This document shows positions 1-12,351 of a stretch of DNA of 64,000 nucleotides, piece after piece (the stretch's first letter is position 1; every line of letters starts with the position of its first letter). Location of the stretch: positions 372,001 to 436,000 of the forward strand of contig NC_090603.1 of assembly GCF_000497125.1 (NCBI RefSeq), in the 5' to 3' direction. The notes below the pieces were generated by a model. That model made no database searches and had not been told where the DNA came from. It worked only from the letters and a program-made list of their open reading frames with translations. The position numbers and the translations under genes were made by a program. The stretch is from Spironucleus salmonicida (lineage: Eukaryota).

Positions 1-1
1 T

Positions 2-784
2 GGAATCGACGCCAAAATTTTTTTCGACTCTATAGACCACGTTCCAGCGTATTTAACCAAAAACATAGCGTCCCAGCAGCAAAACGCCGCGCGCCACCCG
101 CTCCCCCGCACATTCACGTCCTTCCAAATCGATCAGCACCCCGTCCAGTTCCAGCCTTTCAAGGCCCCAGAGGTGAACGAGGAGTTCTACAAGCTATCGG
201 GCACGCAGAAGCTGGGATATTAGCGCTTTCTGGACGTGGTGCAGGCCAAGTTCATTCACGTGCGCGTGAAGGAGCTCGCTGAGTACGTTTTCAGCTGCAA
301 GTCCTTCAGCGACCGAGCGAGCTACTGCACCAGCTACAGCTTCGTCACGAAGCCCATTTCGCGCGAGGAGTACGTCCAGATCCAGTACGTGATGCACCAC
401 TGGAAAATCGTGCAGCTGTACCCGATTCTGGCGCTATTTCTGATCGCAGATGTGCTGCACCAGTACGCGATAACGTACCAGGAGCTCCTGAAGGCGTTTT
501 AGGCACATTTCGGCTCCACCGAGAACGTGTTCATACGCAACTTCCAGATCTCGAAGAAGCAGCTGCATCATAAGGGCACTATCGAATTCAAGGCCCTGCT
601 GGCCAAAATAGCCGAAATCAGCGAGCTTTTCCCGGAGCAGAACCCGTTCCAGGACGAGAGCTGTTACAGCGATACGCTGATGCGGGCGTTGGACAGCGAT
701 ATGAATTTCCCGCTTGTGAGCACCCTGACGCGCCTGGAGCCGCTCGCGGTCGGTGTGTGCAGCAAGGAGACCAGTGCGGAGTGA
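2..784 (+). CDS. hypothetical protein, 5' partial
   Basis: Frame 2 is open from the window edge through in-frame TAG (Gln) codons, joining ORFs 236-502 and 527-784. Strong GC3 bias; ends GAG-TGA. Confidence 0.8.
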
Positions 785-801
785 ATATAGTACAAAACGC
801 C

Positions 802-1194
802 TCACTGGAGCCTCTGGAGTGTGTTCCAGCAGGCTTTTAGAACGTCCGCGGCGCGGTCTGGCGTCACAGCGTCCTGAATCTCCTGGGCCCGCTGCTGAAT
901 CGCTTGAATCGGCGAGTTCGGGGCTTGAAGTTGGGCAATTTTGACGTCGTTAGATGCTGATCCGATTTATGCCTACGACATAAGTTGGTTTATCTCAGAA
1001 ATGCAGTGGGTCACATGGGCTTCTAGCTGAATTATCTGGGGGTACTTTTAAATGCAGGCGTCAAGAGTTTTCTGTGAAAATTACGACATGCCGAGCGTCT
1101 AAGCATAGGCCTTCTAAATCTTTTCGTCATGCTGCTATAATGGCAACTGTGTTGTGGCTTGCTGCTATGGTTGCGCTAATTATGTCTAGAACAT
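802..1194 (-). CDS. hypothetical Gln-rich protein (130 aa)
   Basis: MFQTQLAQPQQQATTQ...KACWNTLQRLQ*; open only with TAR=Gln; ends CAG-TGA. Confidence 0.7.
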
Positions 1195-1269
1195 TATTAT
1201 ATGAAATTTATCCTATTCATATTATTTTAATATAATAATATATATTATTTTCATTCCTTAAATTTTAAA

Positions 1270-1926
1270 ATGATTCCATTACAAACCCTACAGGCTATAC
1301 TTCCTGCTACACCACATCTTATCACTGCTCACTAGTACAAAAATTAATTTGCAGCCGCCTGTTTAAACATGATCTATATATTTGACGACTTCTAGTTCAA
1401 ATTCACAATCGCTGTACCTTCAAAACCAACACAGCTACTTTTCAGTGAGAACCTGCTATACATCGCTACTGAATCTGGTTTTTATGGTGAATTTTCGGTC
1501 CAAACCCAGCTTTTTGTCTCTAAAAAAGATTTCTCTCAAAAAATCACAGCCCTCACAAATAAACACATTTTCCTTGGTAACGTCCTAGTTTTTGAAGACG
1601 AACACATGCCACTATCCACATCAATCAACTTTGCTGTAGAGTTTAATAACAATTACCTATTATTTGATATATAAGGTAATATGTTTGAATTAAGAGAAAA
1701 TAAATTGAGTTTACTCGCAGAGTTTCGGCCAATAATACAAGTAACCGCAAACAGTCAATTCCTTGCTATTTTGACGGATCAAAATCACGTTTTGCTCATA
1801 AATGACCAGTTTCAAGTCGTCAAAGAGCTAACAAAATAAGGTGTCGTAATCCGGTCCATTTCACTCAACCAAATTAATGATATTTTGTACGCGGCGGAAA
1901 ATGAGATTTTTGGAATAATGGAGTGA
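1270..1926 (+). CDS. hypothetical protein (218 aa)
   Basis: ATG after an AT-rich spacer, MIPLQTLQAILPATPH...; ends GAG-TGA. Confidence 0.7.
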
Positions 1927-1947
1927 AAAATCATTTTAAATTTGCAA

Positions 1948-2679
1948 TCACTTAAAAGTCATTTTTCCCCAGCATTCTTCGGCGATGTCCAAATCGCCGT
2001 AAACTTGAGCGCACTCTCTGACACAGTTTGGCATCACGGATTTTGCCTCTTCTTCAGTCCAAAGGAGCTAGAATCCGAAGCTAGTTACGCTCGCAAGATA
2101 AACATCAGCGAGGCAGACTTCTGCGCCGCAAATGTAGTTGTTGGAGCCGATAACGCTCTCGATTTCAGCGATTTGTGCCATTACTGGACCCTTCAAAGAC
2201 TCAGCCTCTTCACTGTTGTCCAAAACTGCAGTCGCATACTTGAAAAAGCTCTTCCTGAACTCTTCGACGATGGTCAAATTCTTGTAGACCATGCTCTTCT
2301 AGGCCTCTTCCCTGTCGTGCATGCAGGGACATTTAGACTTAAGACCTATATGGCGGATGATGTCAGGCATCGATTCGGATGTGAAATCCAGGTCCTGGAA
2401 ACAAGGTTTATTCTGGCAGTCACCCTCAGCATTTTTGATTTCGCATTTGCATTCAAAGAGCTGAACGAGGAGCTTTACAACGCGTTACTGGCAAGGAGAT
2501 CCTGTAAAGTGCATTTGCGAGTCTACGGGGTAGAGTTCAGCGTAATTAGGAGCTACAAACCCTACTGGCATTGGGCAGTCAGGATGTACTTGTGCAGATG
2601 GAGAAGAGGATGCGGCTGGTATAGCTGATGGTGCAGATTGCATCGCTGGTGAAGTCTTATTTGATGCAGAGCAACCCAT
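1948..2679 (-). CDS. glutathione S-transferase-fold protein with N-terminal MGC acylation motif (243 aa)
   Basis: Starts MGCSAS. GST-N-like GSPCQQRVVKLL...KPCFQDLDFTSESMPDIIRHIG and GST-C-like IESVIGSNNYICGAEVCLADVYLASV; ends AAG-TGA. Confidence 0.65.
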
Positions 2680-3169
2680 TTTGTAGGGAGTGGATGATAA
2701 TAAAATATATTTAAGTGTTATAAATATTTATTATTTTTGAAAACAAAGGTTGCGAAACCGATATTAGTATAAACTAAATTACAAGATTCTAGTAATGTAT
2801 TGCTTGTTAAATAAGTATACAGTATCTAGTAAATTCCTTTTGATAAATATTTATTAAATAATATTTAAAACTATACAAAATTATTATAACCATATATAAT
2901 TACATAATAGAAGAAAATATTAGATAAGTAAGATTTACGAAAATATATTATTTTTATACCTAATAGATGGTGACCATTGGGTATTTAGAATCGTTTGAGG
3001 AATTAACGTGATTTATATATTTTAATATCTATTAAATAGGTCATAATTTAGTCTAGGTTATACATATAATCTACGCTTTAAAAGTAGAAGACTAATAACT
3101 TATTTATGTTGAATATTGTATAAATAAAATATAATACATTAAACTATTTTTAAGCACAGCTACAACCAA

Positions 3170-3473
3170 TAAGGTGGTCCATGAGCTCTGCGTACGCGCT
3201 GATCTGCTGGTACGTCTTCTTAGTGGTCGGGCCGACGAAGCGCCAGAACTCCTCGTTCAGCGCCAGGACATGCTGCGCCGTATTGCGGCTGTCCGTCTGG
3301 CCCAGGAAGTCGAACCTAAGCTAATCCTCAGGGACCTTCATCATCGTCATCCCGATGAAGCCCAGGCGCTCGATCTCGGCAACGCCGTGCTCAGTATGTT
3401 GCGGTTCTGCCCCGATGTGGATTTATACTAGAAACTTTTGTTTTTAAATATCGGTATTACCGCCAATAATGCA
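3170..3473 (-). pseudogene. orphan GC-rich coding-like fragment
   Basis: High-GC3 frame EHGVAEIERLGFIGMTMMKVPEDQLRFDFLGQTDSRNTAQHVLALNEEFWRFVGPTTKKTYQQISAYAELMDHL ends abruptly in very AT-rich DNA with no nearby TGA. Confidence 0.35.
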
Positions 3474-3550
3474 TATTTTCAGTTTCGCAAAAAATAAATT
3501 ACGATTTGTACCGTTCCAATACCGCGTCCCAGGATATTTCCAAAATAAGA

Positions 3551-4174
3551 ATGGAAGCAGGCACCTCGGCCAGAATTATGTGCACCACGAACAAGCAGTG
3601 CCGCGAGGGAGACTCTGGGTCTAGATACTGCGACACTACTACCAAGAAGTGCATGCCGTGCTCTGCGGGATGTCTGGTCTGCACCTCCTCCACCTTCTGC
3701 GCAGCCTGTGATCCTGGAAGTGGTGCTGGCTTGACCACATTCAACGGGCAGTGCGTAGTAGAGTGTAAGCGGTAGGTGACCAACAAGTTTTGCCATGACA
3801 ATACTAGCGGTTTCTGCTCCGCAAACTCCCCGATCCCATGCTCCTGCGACGACGTCTCCGACTGCGCTACGTGCGCCTACGTGAATAAAGAATGGACATG
3901 CGATGCGTGCTTTAGGAACATGACCAAGGACATGCAAGGGCTATGCACACTGTGCCAGCCTGGCTTCGAGAAGGTCGGGGTCCTGTGTCTCGCGGTGGAA
4001 GTGGACCCAAATCCACCTGGTCCCGTTCCAGTGCCTGGCCCATCGGACCCTGCAGATCCCAGCAACAAGCTTTCAACCGGCGCGACAGTGGGCATCGTGA
4101 TCGGAGCCCTGGTAGCCGTGGGTGCCATCGGTGGGGGCCTCGCATTCTACTTCATCAGGAGGTCCAAGAAGTGA
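3551..4174 (+). CDS. cysteine-rich membrane protein (CRMP1/VSP-like, 207 aa)
   Basis: Many CxxC motifs, Pro-rich stalk, TM LSTGATVGIVIGALVAVGAIGGGLAFYFI, tail RRSKK*. ORFs 3506-3775 and 3776-4174 join through a TAG. Confidence 0.9.
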
Positions 4175-4459
4175 TCGATTGTTTTCAGTTGAGCTCGCCC
4201 TCGGGTCATGGAAAGTGCACCCTTACACTCACTGGCCCTGCTGCGCGCAGTTCCGTCCCAGCCCAGGGCCGATGCCCGAAGGCAGGCGTAAACATAATAC
4301 TTGTCACTCCCTTTTTGCCCTTTTTGGGGCTCTTGACCTCCACGTACAGCGCCCGTTTGGGGATCTTCACGAACTTGACTCCGAACTGGCCCAGGGCCCG
4401 CGAGACGTAGTCCCCTTGGTCGTGGATGTCCGTGAGGATGCTGGCAGGCCGCGTCCTCA

Positions 4460-5224
4460 TCACCCCGTCGTACTCACGAACCTGCACCTGGCGAGCGTGA
4501 TGAAGTGCGCCCCGGCCTTGGCGGCCACGATTGCGTTGAGCGTGGGGACGACGTGCTGGGGCGGCGCGTCGAACAGCTCGATCCCGCTCAGCGAGAAGTT
4601 GTAGAGCGCCGGGTCGTACAGCGCCGCGAGGAGGCGCGCGTGGTCGACGGCGCAGCGGGTGAGTCCCAGGAACTGGTAGGACTGGGCCTGGGCCTGCTGC
4701 AGCTCGCGCTGGAGGGCCTGCTGGTCCAGCGTGCAGTCGGTGAAGCGGAGCGACATCCGGTTGAAGTAGCCCATGAAGGCGAGCGAGTCCAGCATCTGGG
4801 GGCCGATGGCCATGCGCTCGAAGGACAGGTGGATCTGCCTCTCGTTCTGCGTGAAGTGGAGCACGTTCTGCAGCGTGTTGCCGGGGAACTGGCAGTCGAT
4901 GATGCGCAGGCTGCCCACGTCGGCGCACTCGGCCAGGGCGAGGCCGATGGCGAGCGAGGAGGGCAGGTCCATGATCGCGGAGTGGATGGTCACGCTGGAG
5001 GTCTGGCCCTGGGGCTTCAGCAGCAGGTTTGCGAAGCAGGGCAGGAGGGCGAGGTTGAAGGCCGCGCAGACCTGCTGGTAGCAGTCGAAGAAGAGCTTCT
5101 GCTTGGACAGCTTCTCGGGGGCGAGGGCAATGGGGAACTTGGCCTGCGAGGCGCCGAAGTTCGCGACGTTCAGCGCCGTGGAGTAGAAGGGCGGCTGCAC
5201 CGGCTGGGCGCTTTTGGGGGGCAT
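4460..5224 (-). CDS. hypothetical protein (254 aa as written; probably frameshifted, continuing toward 4206)
   Basis: MPPKSAQPVQPPF... with very high GC3; GC3 bias continues in another frame beyond the stop. Confidence 0.7.
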   Translation of the reverse strand: MPPKSAQPVQPPFYSTALNVANFGASQAKFPIALAPEKLSKQKLFFDCYQQVCAAFNLALLPCFANLLLKPQGQTSSVTIHSAIMDLPSSLAIGLALAECADVGSLRIIDCQFPGNTLQNVLHFTQNERQIHLSFERMAIGPQMLDSLAFMGYFNRMSLRFTDCTLDQQALQRELQQAQAQSYQFLGLTRCAVDHARLLAALYDPALYNFSLSGIELFDAPPQHVVPTLNAIVAAKAGAHFITLARCRFVSTTG

Positions 5225-5641
5225 TTTGCTAATTGCGGAATGGCGGGGGTGCGCCAATCCATATATTACGGCAAAAATATTTTGCGAGCTGGCAGCAATG
5301 CGCCCTGGTATCCTGCCCACCGCAGGCTCGCTGGGCAACCCGGGTGGCTCTCTGCAGACCACTGGTGCGTGCACGGGTTCCTAAAAATATTACCCTCGCT
5401 GCACTCCTGCCCTATGGCCGTGCGTGGCCTGACCTTCTGGCCAGGGGATAAATACCTGGGCTGAAGTCCGCCTGGGCCTAGGCGTGAGACAAGAGGCATC
5501 TGGAGGTCGCGTGACGAAACCGAACATACCTGGGTATTGTATTAATGTAACAGCAACTCCCTCCTTATTCGCCCTTATTGAAGATGTGCTGCAATTGTAT
5601 CATAATATCATCCCCGTCATATAATCCATTTCACCTTAAAA

Positions 5642-8600
5642 ATGATGATCTAGAGCATTGAAGAGCAAACCAGACTTGTCGACGCCATCCTGGCATCCGA
5701 TTCTGTCCCGATAGACATCGATCTCGCTAGACTCTTCAGGTCCATCAGGACGCACAAGAACATAGAAGCCCTCAGGAAGCTCCTCTGCCACCCAGTGTAT
5801 AACATCTACAAGCGCGCCAACACGCTTGCCAAGGTGTTCAAGACACAGTTTGCTGGTGAGCTGGCAGCTGCCACCAGGCCACCAGTGCTGTTTGCCCAGG
5901 CCATGGACCAAGGGGAGTTCGCGAAGGCCTACGACCTTTTCAGCCAGAATGACTTTAGCAAACTGGTCATAGGAAAGGCACAGATAAACAAGTCCCAACT
6001 GGTTGGCGACGTCATCTTCCAGCTGTTCCAGGCGGACGCGAAGGTCTTCCGCGCAGAGGCCGAGTTGGCAGCCTCTGGCGCCACCACTAGCCACGAGAGT
6101 GCCACGCGCATGGTAAATTACTTCAAGTTCCTCACGAGTAACTCCAAGCATATCCAGCTCGCGCGCTTCACCGCCGTGTACGACAGCGTCAAGCTCGAGC
6201 ACGAGTGGCTGGTCGACATGAAGGTCCCCAGCAAAAAGATAGTTGAGACCTTCAAGATGCTGCAGGCCGGGAAGCTAGCCAGGTATACCTATGACGCGGA
6301 CGATACCATCTCCGCCAAGCTGTACAAGCTAGATATTCTGAATGAGTTCTCCATAGTTGAATCGGGGGACGTTGGCCACAATATCAAAAAGTTTCTGTGC
6401 CGCGTGGACCTGCTGGATCACTATAGCCCGGACCAGATTGAATATCTGCATGATGACTAGCGCCACTACATCGCCGCCAAGAAGTACGGCTGCGACCAGG
6501 CAGCCCGTATGGTATACTTCCAGTCTCTCAGTGGCCAAAGCAGCGACATCACTCTTGATCCCCACGCGCTTCGCCAGCTCAGAGCCCGGATGACCGGAGA
6601 GCCCAAGGCCAGCCTGCAAACCGTAATGGACGCCCTGCTGTTCCCCGGGAGCGCGGAGAAGCTGGAGCAGGTGCCACTCATCTAGGAGAAGGCGGAGCAC
6701 GTGGTGGAGTACGCGCTCTTCAACAAGAAGTCCCGCTTCTTCAACTCGGACCAGCGCTACTCCGCCGTCACCGCCTATCTCGCGGCCGGATACATCCATA
6801 AGGACCTCAACCTCCTCTCCCGGGCCGCCCGCTACTTCATGCTTGCGGTCCAGCAGACCTCGGTCGCCCAGGAGAAGCTGCTGCTGCTCCAGGCCGCGCC
6901 GCTTTCCAAGGTCGTGTGCCTATTCGTGGCCCTTTGCGCGGAACTGAAGCAGGCCTTAGCCCCCCACCTCCAGAGGCTGGTGGGCCCACTTTCCGCCCTC
7001 TACCGCGCCACCGCGGATGCGAAGCCACTCGTCACAGGTCTTCCCAGCACCATATTTGAGCTTCTCATTACCTTCCACTCCGTCAACGATATTCCCGCGG
7101 AGATGTCCCTGTAGGTGTGTGAGTTCCTTCGCGCCCTCCAGTAAGAGATAGTCGGGCTCTAGTATTCGCACGCTAAGGTATCAGCCACCGTCCCCGCCCT
7201 AATCTCCGACCAGCTAAAATTTGACCAAGCGCACGTTTCTATCACCGAGAATGGCGTTACTGCCCTATTCTCGCTCGCCCAATATGCCCGCCGCTCAACC
7301 AAGGCCCAGCTGCAAGATGCTATCATACAGCGCATTGACGCGTCCGCAAATTACCAGCACACCTTCTTTTCCTGGGTGATGGATGTCGTGGACCGCCTTG
7401 GGAAAAAGATGCTCGACATACAGCTTATTAAGCAGAAAACCGACGCCTAAACTCTTGATGCCACCCTCATCCGAAAGCTCTTGGCAACTATCACTATAAG
7501 CCCCGTCATAGGATTCTAAGCATCAGAAGATAAGCGCGTCCGGGATCTTGAGAAAAATCTGGCCAGAAAGAGTTACATGCCAGCCCAGATATACCAGCAG
7601 TACGTCAGCAACGCATTTGCCGCAAGGATCAACTTTGACGTGGTCACAAGCGAACCAGCTACCATGACGTGCGTTAAAATCAACGTGGACATGATCCAGC
7701 GTCTCGTTGACAGGTTTGTCCAGATGGTGGGGATGTACGATACCAGCAGGGTCGACCTTCCGATCCAAGGCATGCTGAACTTCCATACACTCGCGGTGCG
7801 TCTTCTTACTATCTCGGGCCGCATGTATGAGACAGGTATAGCCTCGCACGCTCAGCTCCTTGCCGTAGTTACCTAGCAGGCGAAGTCTCTGCAGAAGCTG
7901 GTGCCGATCAAGCTCGACTGCCAGGAACACTACCAGGCCTTCTACGAGCAGTTATTCTCCAAGAAGGCTATTAAGACCGAGTTAAACATTCTGCCTTTCC
8001 TCAAGCAGATTCAGGTCACGGCCAACATGACGACCGCATCCAACTCTCTGGCCCTGCTCCACGCCATGATGAACTTCTTCCAGTTCACGTCCATGGCGGT
8101 CCATGTCTCCTAGCGCATGTCCAACCAGCTCCGCGTCGACCCAAAGGCAGACATTACGATCCTCTTTGAGCAGCCCATGCCGATGTCCGTGCTGAAGGCA
8201 CTTATCAAGGTGTTCTTCTCACAGAAAAATGTATCCAGCGCGTACATCTCCAAGCTCTACATCAGATCCTCCACCGATGCCAAGCAGTTCATCCTGCTTC
8301 ATTTCTACGAGAAGGCCATGGTCGAGCCCCAGTACGAGCAGATTTTCCTGGACCTCCTGAAGAACAACTGCCAGAAGTCAGCCGACGCGATGCTGCTCTT
8401 CTTTGGCAAGGTCTACAACAACGAGAACCTAAACTTCAACCTCAGGGTGTTCGATGCCATGGCCGAGCTGCAGAAGGCCCCCACGCCGTACCTGCTCAAC
8501 TACGCTGGCTGCCTTGGGCGGAAGCTCGCCATCAGCGACCAGGCCGCCTTCGACCTGTTCTGCCAGTTTTCGCAGGACGACAAGCAGGCCCCGCATTCGG

Positions 8601-9088
8601 TCGACTACCTGCTCCAGCTCGAGAACAGCGGCGAGCTCATCATGCGGGAATTTGCCAGGATCTCTTACAAGCATGCCTGCGGTTCCGCGTAAAGCAGGGT
8701 CGTCTACAGCGCCATCTACCAAACGCTCAGCCAGCCGCTGCAGACGCTCTTCAACGCAGAAATGTACGCGAAGAACGCGGCCAAGCTGCTCTTCGCGATC
8801 TTGGAGTACCTGACGGCGAGCCGATGCAGTCATTTCCCCTTCTGCTCCAGCATCCCGCTCAGTACGTTCACCCCGAGCCAGCTTGAGGCCTATGCCGTGT
8901 TCAGCGTATTCTTCTCTCTGGTTACCCCGGACGGACTCAGCCTCGCGCAGCTGAACCTCGCCGGCACCAGCCAGTACTGCCAGCTCTACTACCAGATCCA
9001 GTGCAAAGTGGACGTCACCGACGAGCAGATGGCGGGCCTTAGCCACTTGGAAAGAGTGCAGCTCGTGGGAATCCAGTCCAGGAAGTGA
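5642..9088 (+). CDS. large hypothetical helical protein (~1148 aa)
   Basis: Same-frame ORFs 5795, 6701, 7577, 7901, 8117 and 8762 are separated only by TAA/TAG; C-rich motif upstream; ends AAG-TGA. Confidence 0.85.
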
Positions 9089-9877
9089 TGATCATTTATG
9101 CACTTATATAGGCAGGGCGGGCTTAGCTACACTCTGCGCCCTCGAAATTGTCAAATTAGCATCGCTGGTAGTTTGGAGTGCAAGCAATCGCGAATGCGCG
9201 CATTGGTGAAATAGACGCGCAAAGCTTGCGGTTTCATCTGCAAATAAACCCATTTAGTGCAGTATTACATAGCTAATTTTAACTATAATGCCAAGTTCTG
9301 GTTATCATGAATGGACTATAATAATAGAACTCCATTCATAATGAGTTCATGTAATAATGACTTTATTACAGTAATTACAATATAAGTTATACTCGTTTTA
9401 TTGATACTTGAAGAAAAAATGATCTCATTTGTGGTCAATGACATAACACGCTAAGCAAATTCTCCCCTTAGCTACTGGTTTTCGGACTGTTATATTAGCA
9501 TTGGGTTACACTAAAAATTAGCTGAAGTACACCACACCTGTAGCGAAACTAATGCAATATTCTGATAGTTTCTTCTACTAAACTTAGCATTATTATATAT
9601 TACCAATCATTACATTTTCAAGTATATAACTTACACAACTTTTTATTTTCTTATTATTAATTATCACCAGATATAAAATATAAAGACAGTTCTCATTCTT
9701 AATTTACCTTGGTGGTAAACTGAATACCGAATTAATCTTTAAATCAGCCCCAGTTTCTTAACATTCTATATTACCAGCAATCACCATATTTCATCACAGT
9801 TCCCAATCTATCATTTTAACATTATGATCCCACATCCATAATTATATTATACCCATCACATTCCACTATTAACTAAA

Positions 9878-10897
9878 ATGGCGTCAGCAACTAACACATG
9901 CTCCAACTCCTTCAACAAGTGCGTCGGCACCAGCTTCTGCCCGAGTAACGTGGGATAAGTCACAGTTTCCTGCATCGCCTGCAAAGAAAACTGCGCCTCC
10001 TGCTCGGGCGATTCTGCAAACACAGCGACCTGCGAGAGGTGTAATCCTGGGTACTACCTCACTAGAGGCAGTAACTGCGACAGGTGCGATCGGTCCTGCA
10101 AAACCTGCACAGGATCCGAGAGCACTCAGTGCATAACCTGCAGTGACGGCAACAAGCTATCAGGAACCTTCTGCTTCGCCTGCACCGATGGCCAGACAGA
10201 CGCATGCAAATGCGGAGATTCGATTAACTGCATGACCTGCAGCAGTTCAGAGACCCGGAAGTGCGCTCTGTGCCTCAGTCCATTTGCGATCGACGCGACC
10301 GGAAGCTGCACGGAGTGCATAACTGGTTATTTTAAGGAGAACTAGCAGTGCAAAAAGTGCCAGTTACCTTGCAGTACCTGTTCCAAAGGGAGCGGGACCT
10401 GCGATACATGCGAGTTCCCAAAGACGATAACGATTCACCATGACTGCTAAGATTCGTGCAACATTGTCGTGAAAGATGGAGAAGTGTGCGTAAAAGGCTC
10501 GGTTAGGGCGTGTGGCAGTGTATAATAGGTCACAAGTTGCAAGTGCGGGAATGCAACTAACTGCCTTACATGTTCAAGTTAGAGCAACGTTTGCGGTTCC
10601 TGCCTGCCTGGCTTCAAGTTCAGCGGACAGTAGTGTTCGGATTGCACTGATAAAGCTGAAAAAATTGGTTTTTTGTGCTTTTTACCTGCTCCTCCGGCAC
10701 CGCCTAGCCCTCCAACACCACCTAGCCCTTCAGGCCCAGTAGATCCATCAAATCCAGTCTCACCGCCAGACCCAAATGTCCCTGACAGCAACCTTTCTGG
10801 TGGAGCTGTTACTGGCATCGTAATTGGTGTTTTAGCCCTAGTTGGTGTAATTGGCGGTGGAGTAGCATTTTATTTCATTAAGAAGAGTAAAAGGTGA
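9878..10897 (+). CDS. cysteine-rich membrane protein (CRMP1-like, 339 aa)
   Basis: [23 protein letters not shown]..., CxxC repeats, Pro/Ser stalk, [31 protein letters not shown], tail KKSKR*. Confidence 0.9.
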
Positions 10898-11829
10898 TAT
10901 TTTTTATTTAAAATAGCGAATTAACTATATAATTTTTTCTATATTCGAATTTATCTGAGTTAGTGTAATAATGTTAAGATTCATATAAAAATTAGTTAAT
11001 AATTTTGTATAAATTGATATAACTGTAATTTGTTCTATTCTTTCAAGCTATAGTTGGATTATAAAAAATAAGGATGATTTAATTTTTATATTATAAAAAT
11101 ATAAGTTGAATTTATTAAAGATTGATAATAAAATCAGTGCTCGGTAATTCTTTCAAAAATTTAATAAATGAGACTAGCAGGATTCTGTTAACTAATTAGA
11201 TTTCTTATTAAACTATTTAATATAAATTTAATATAGAAACTATATATTATTAGCATTAAAAATAAAATTTATTAAGTAACGAATTTTATCAGGCAATTAT
11301 GAATATTAGAGATGTATTTAATATCTAAATTTATCTGTTTATTATAAAATTATACATTATTGGTGATATAGTTTAGATAGAAAATTTAGTAACATAAATA
11401 TACCTTGGTTGAAAATGTATCTACTTTCCGTAAATATTTTCGGGATTAGTTTTCCTATTAGATATTTTATAATAATGAAAATTTAGTTAATGTATTTTAC
11501 TCAATAGCAATAGGAATATATCTAAAATTTTAAGTATTTATATAATTAAATAAGAGAATGATATTTTATTTTTTAACATAAATCTGACGAAACAAGTAAT
11601 ATAATTAGGATAAATTCATAAGATTATTTACTATACAGAAAATATACATATGTACAAGTAATTTTCAATTTGACCTTAATATTCAATTTTAATTTTAGAG
11701 TTTCCATCTTACATTTTATTTATTGTTATTAATAATTTTTAATATAAAATATCTATCCAGACTTCTATTTTAATAATAATAATTATATTACTAATGATAA
11801 ATAACTAAATAATATGATAAAAATCATGT

Positions 11830-12351
11830 TCAGTCCAACGCCAAGCTGCCCGGTCTGGTACCCGCTGCGTCTACAGCCAATATTCTATTCTTTCTTAATT
11901 CTCTCCAAACCAGGAAACAAAGGGCTCCAAGAGCGACAACTGTAGCGATAGTAACACCAGAAATAACACCAATACTTGCAGTTGCTTAGTTACATGAATT
12001 TCCTGATGCAAAAAAGTCCTTAGTACAGTATGTACAATCAGTAGCAGATGTACATTAAGTACAGTTTTCTTTACATGGAGCGCATACTTTGGTAGACTTG
12101 AAGAAAGATACATTACAGATGTCACACTCAGATTTATCACTATTAAGGCTGGTACAGTTATCTTCTGGTTTAACACAAAGAGGCCCGGCCAGTGTATAAC
12201 CACTACTACAAGTAGCGCATTTTGTAGTAGTACTAGTATCACATGCCTAGCAATTAGGTACATTAGTCTTACATTCATCAGCTTTAGCCTATGAACTACT
12301 AGATTCCTTAGTTAAAGCTTTACAGTTTTAAGTAGTAGGGTTGCATGCCAT
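11830..12351 (-). CDS. short cysteine-rich membrane protein with atypical longer tail (173 aa)
   Basis: MACNPTTQNCK...CQACDT...CTQCTSATDCTYC; TM ASIGVISGVTIATVVALGALCFLVW; tail RELRKNRILAVDAAGTRPGSLALD*. Confidence 0.8.

Noticed and set aside
1942-2628. 228-aa plus-strand ORF
   Set aside because: It is antisense to the GST-fold gene, which has recognisable motifs, an upstream C-rich element and an AAG-TGA end.
4455-4476. GTGAGT as an intron donor, or TGA as selenocysteine
   Set aside because: No diplomonad-type fused branch point/acceptor (ACTAAC...AG) is visible downstream. The tandem TGA-TGA and loss of codon bias in that frame argue against Sec readthrough.
4505-5464. Long plus-strand ORF (319 aa), and similar ORFs at 29049, 29117, 32219, 32296, 8429, 50633 and 13492
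   Set aside because: These are antisense or shifted-frame shadows of high-GC3 genes.
5642-9088. Interpreting the many TAA/TAG-split ORFs as pseudogenes or operons
   Set aside because: All fragments are in one frame and conserved motifs span TAR codons elsewhere in the window; the alternative code explains them.
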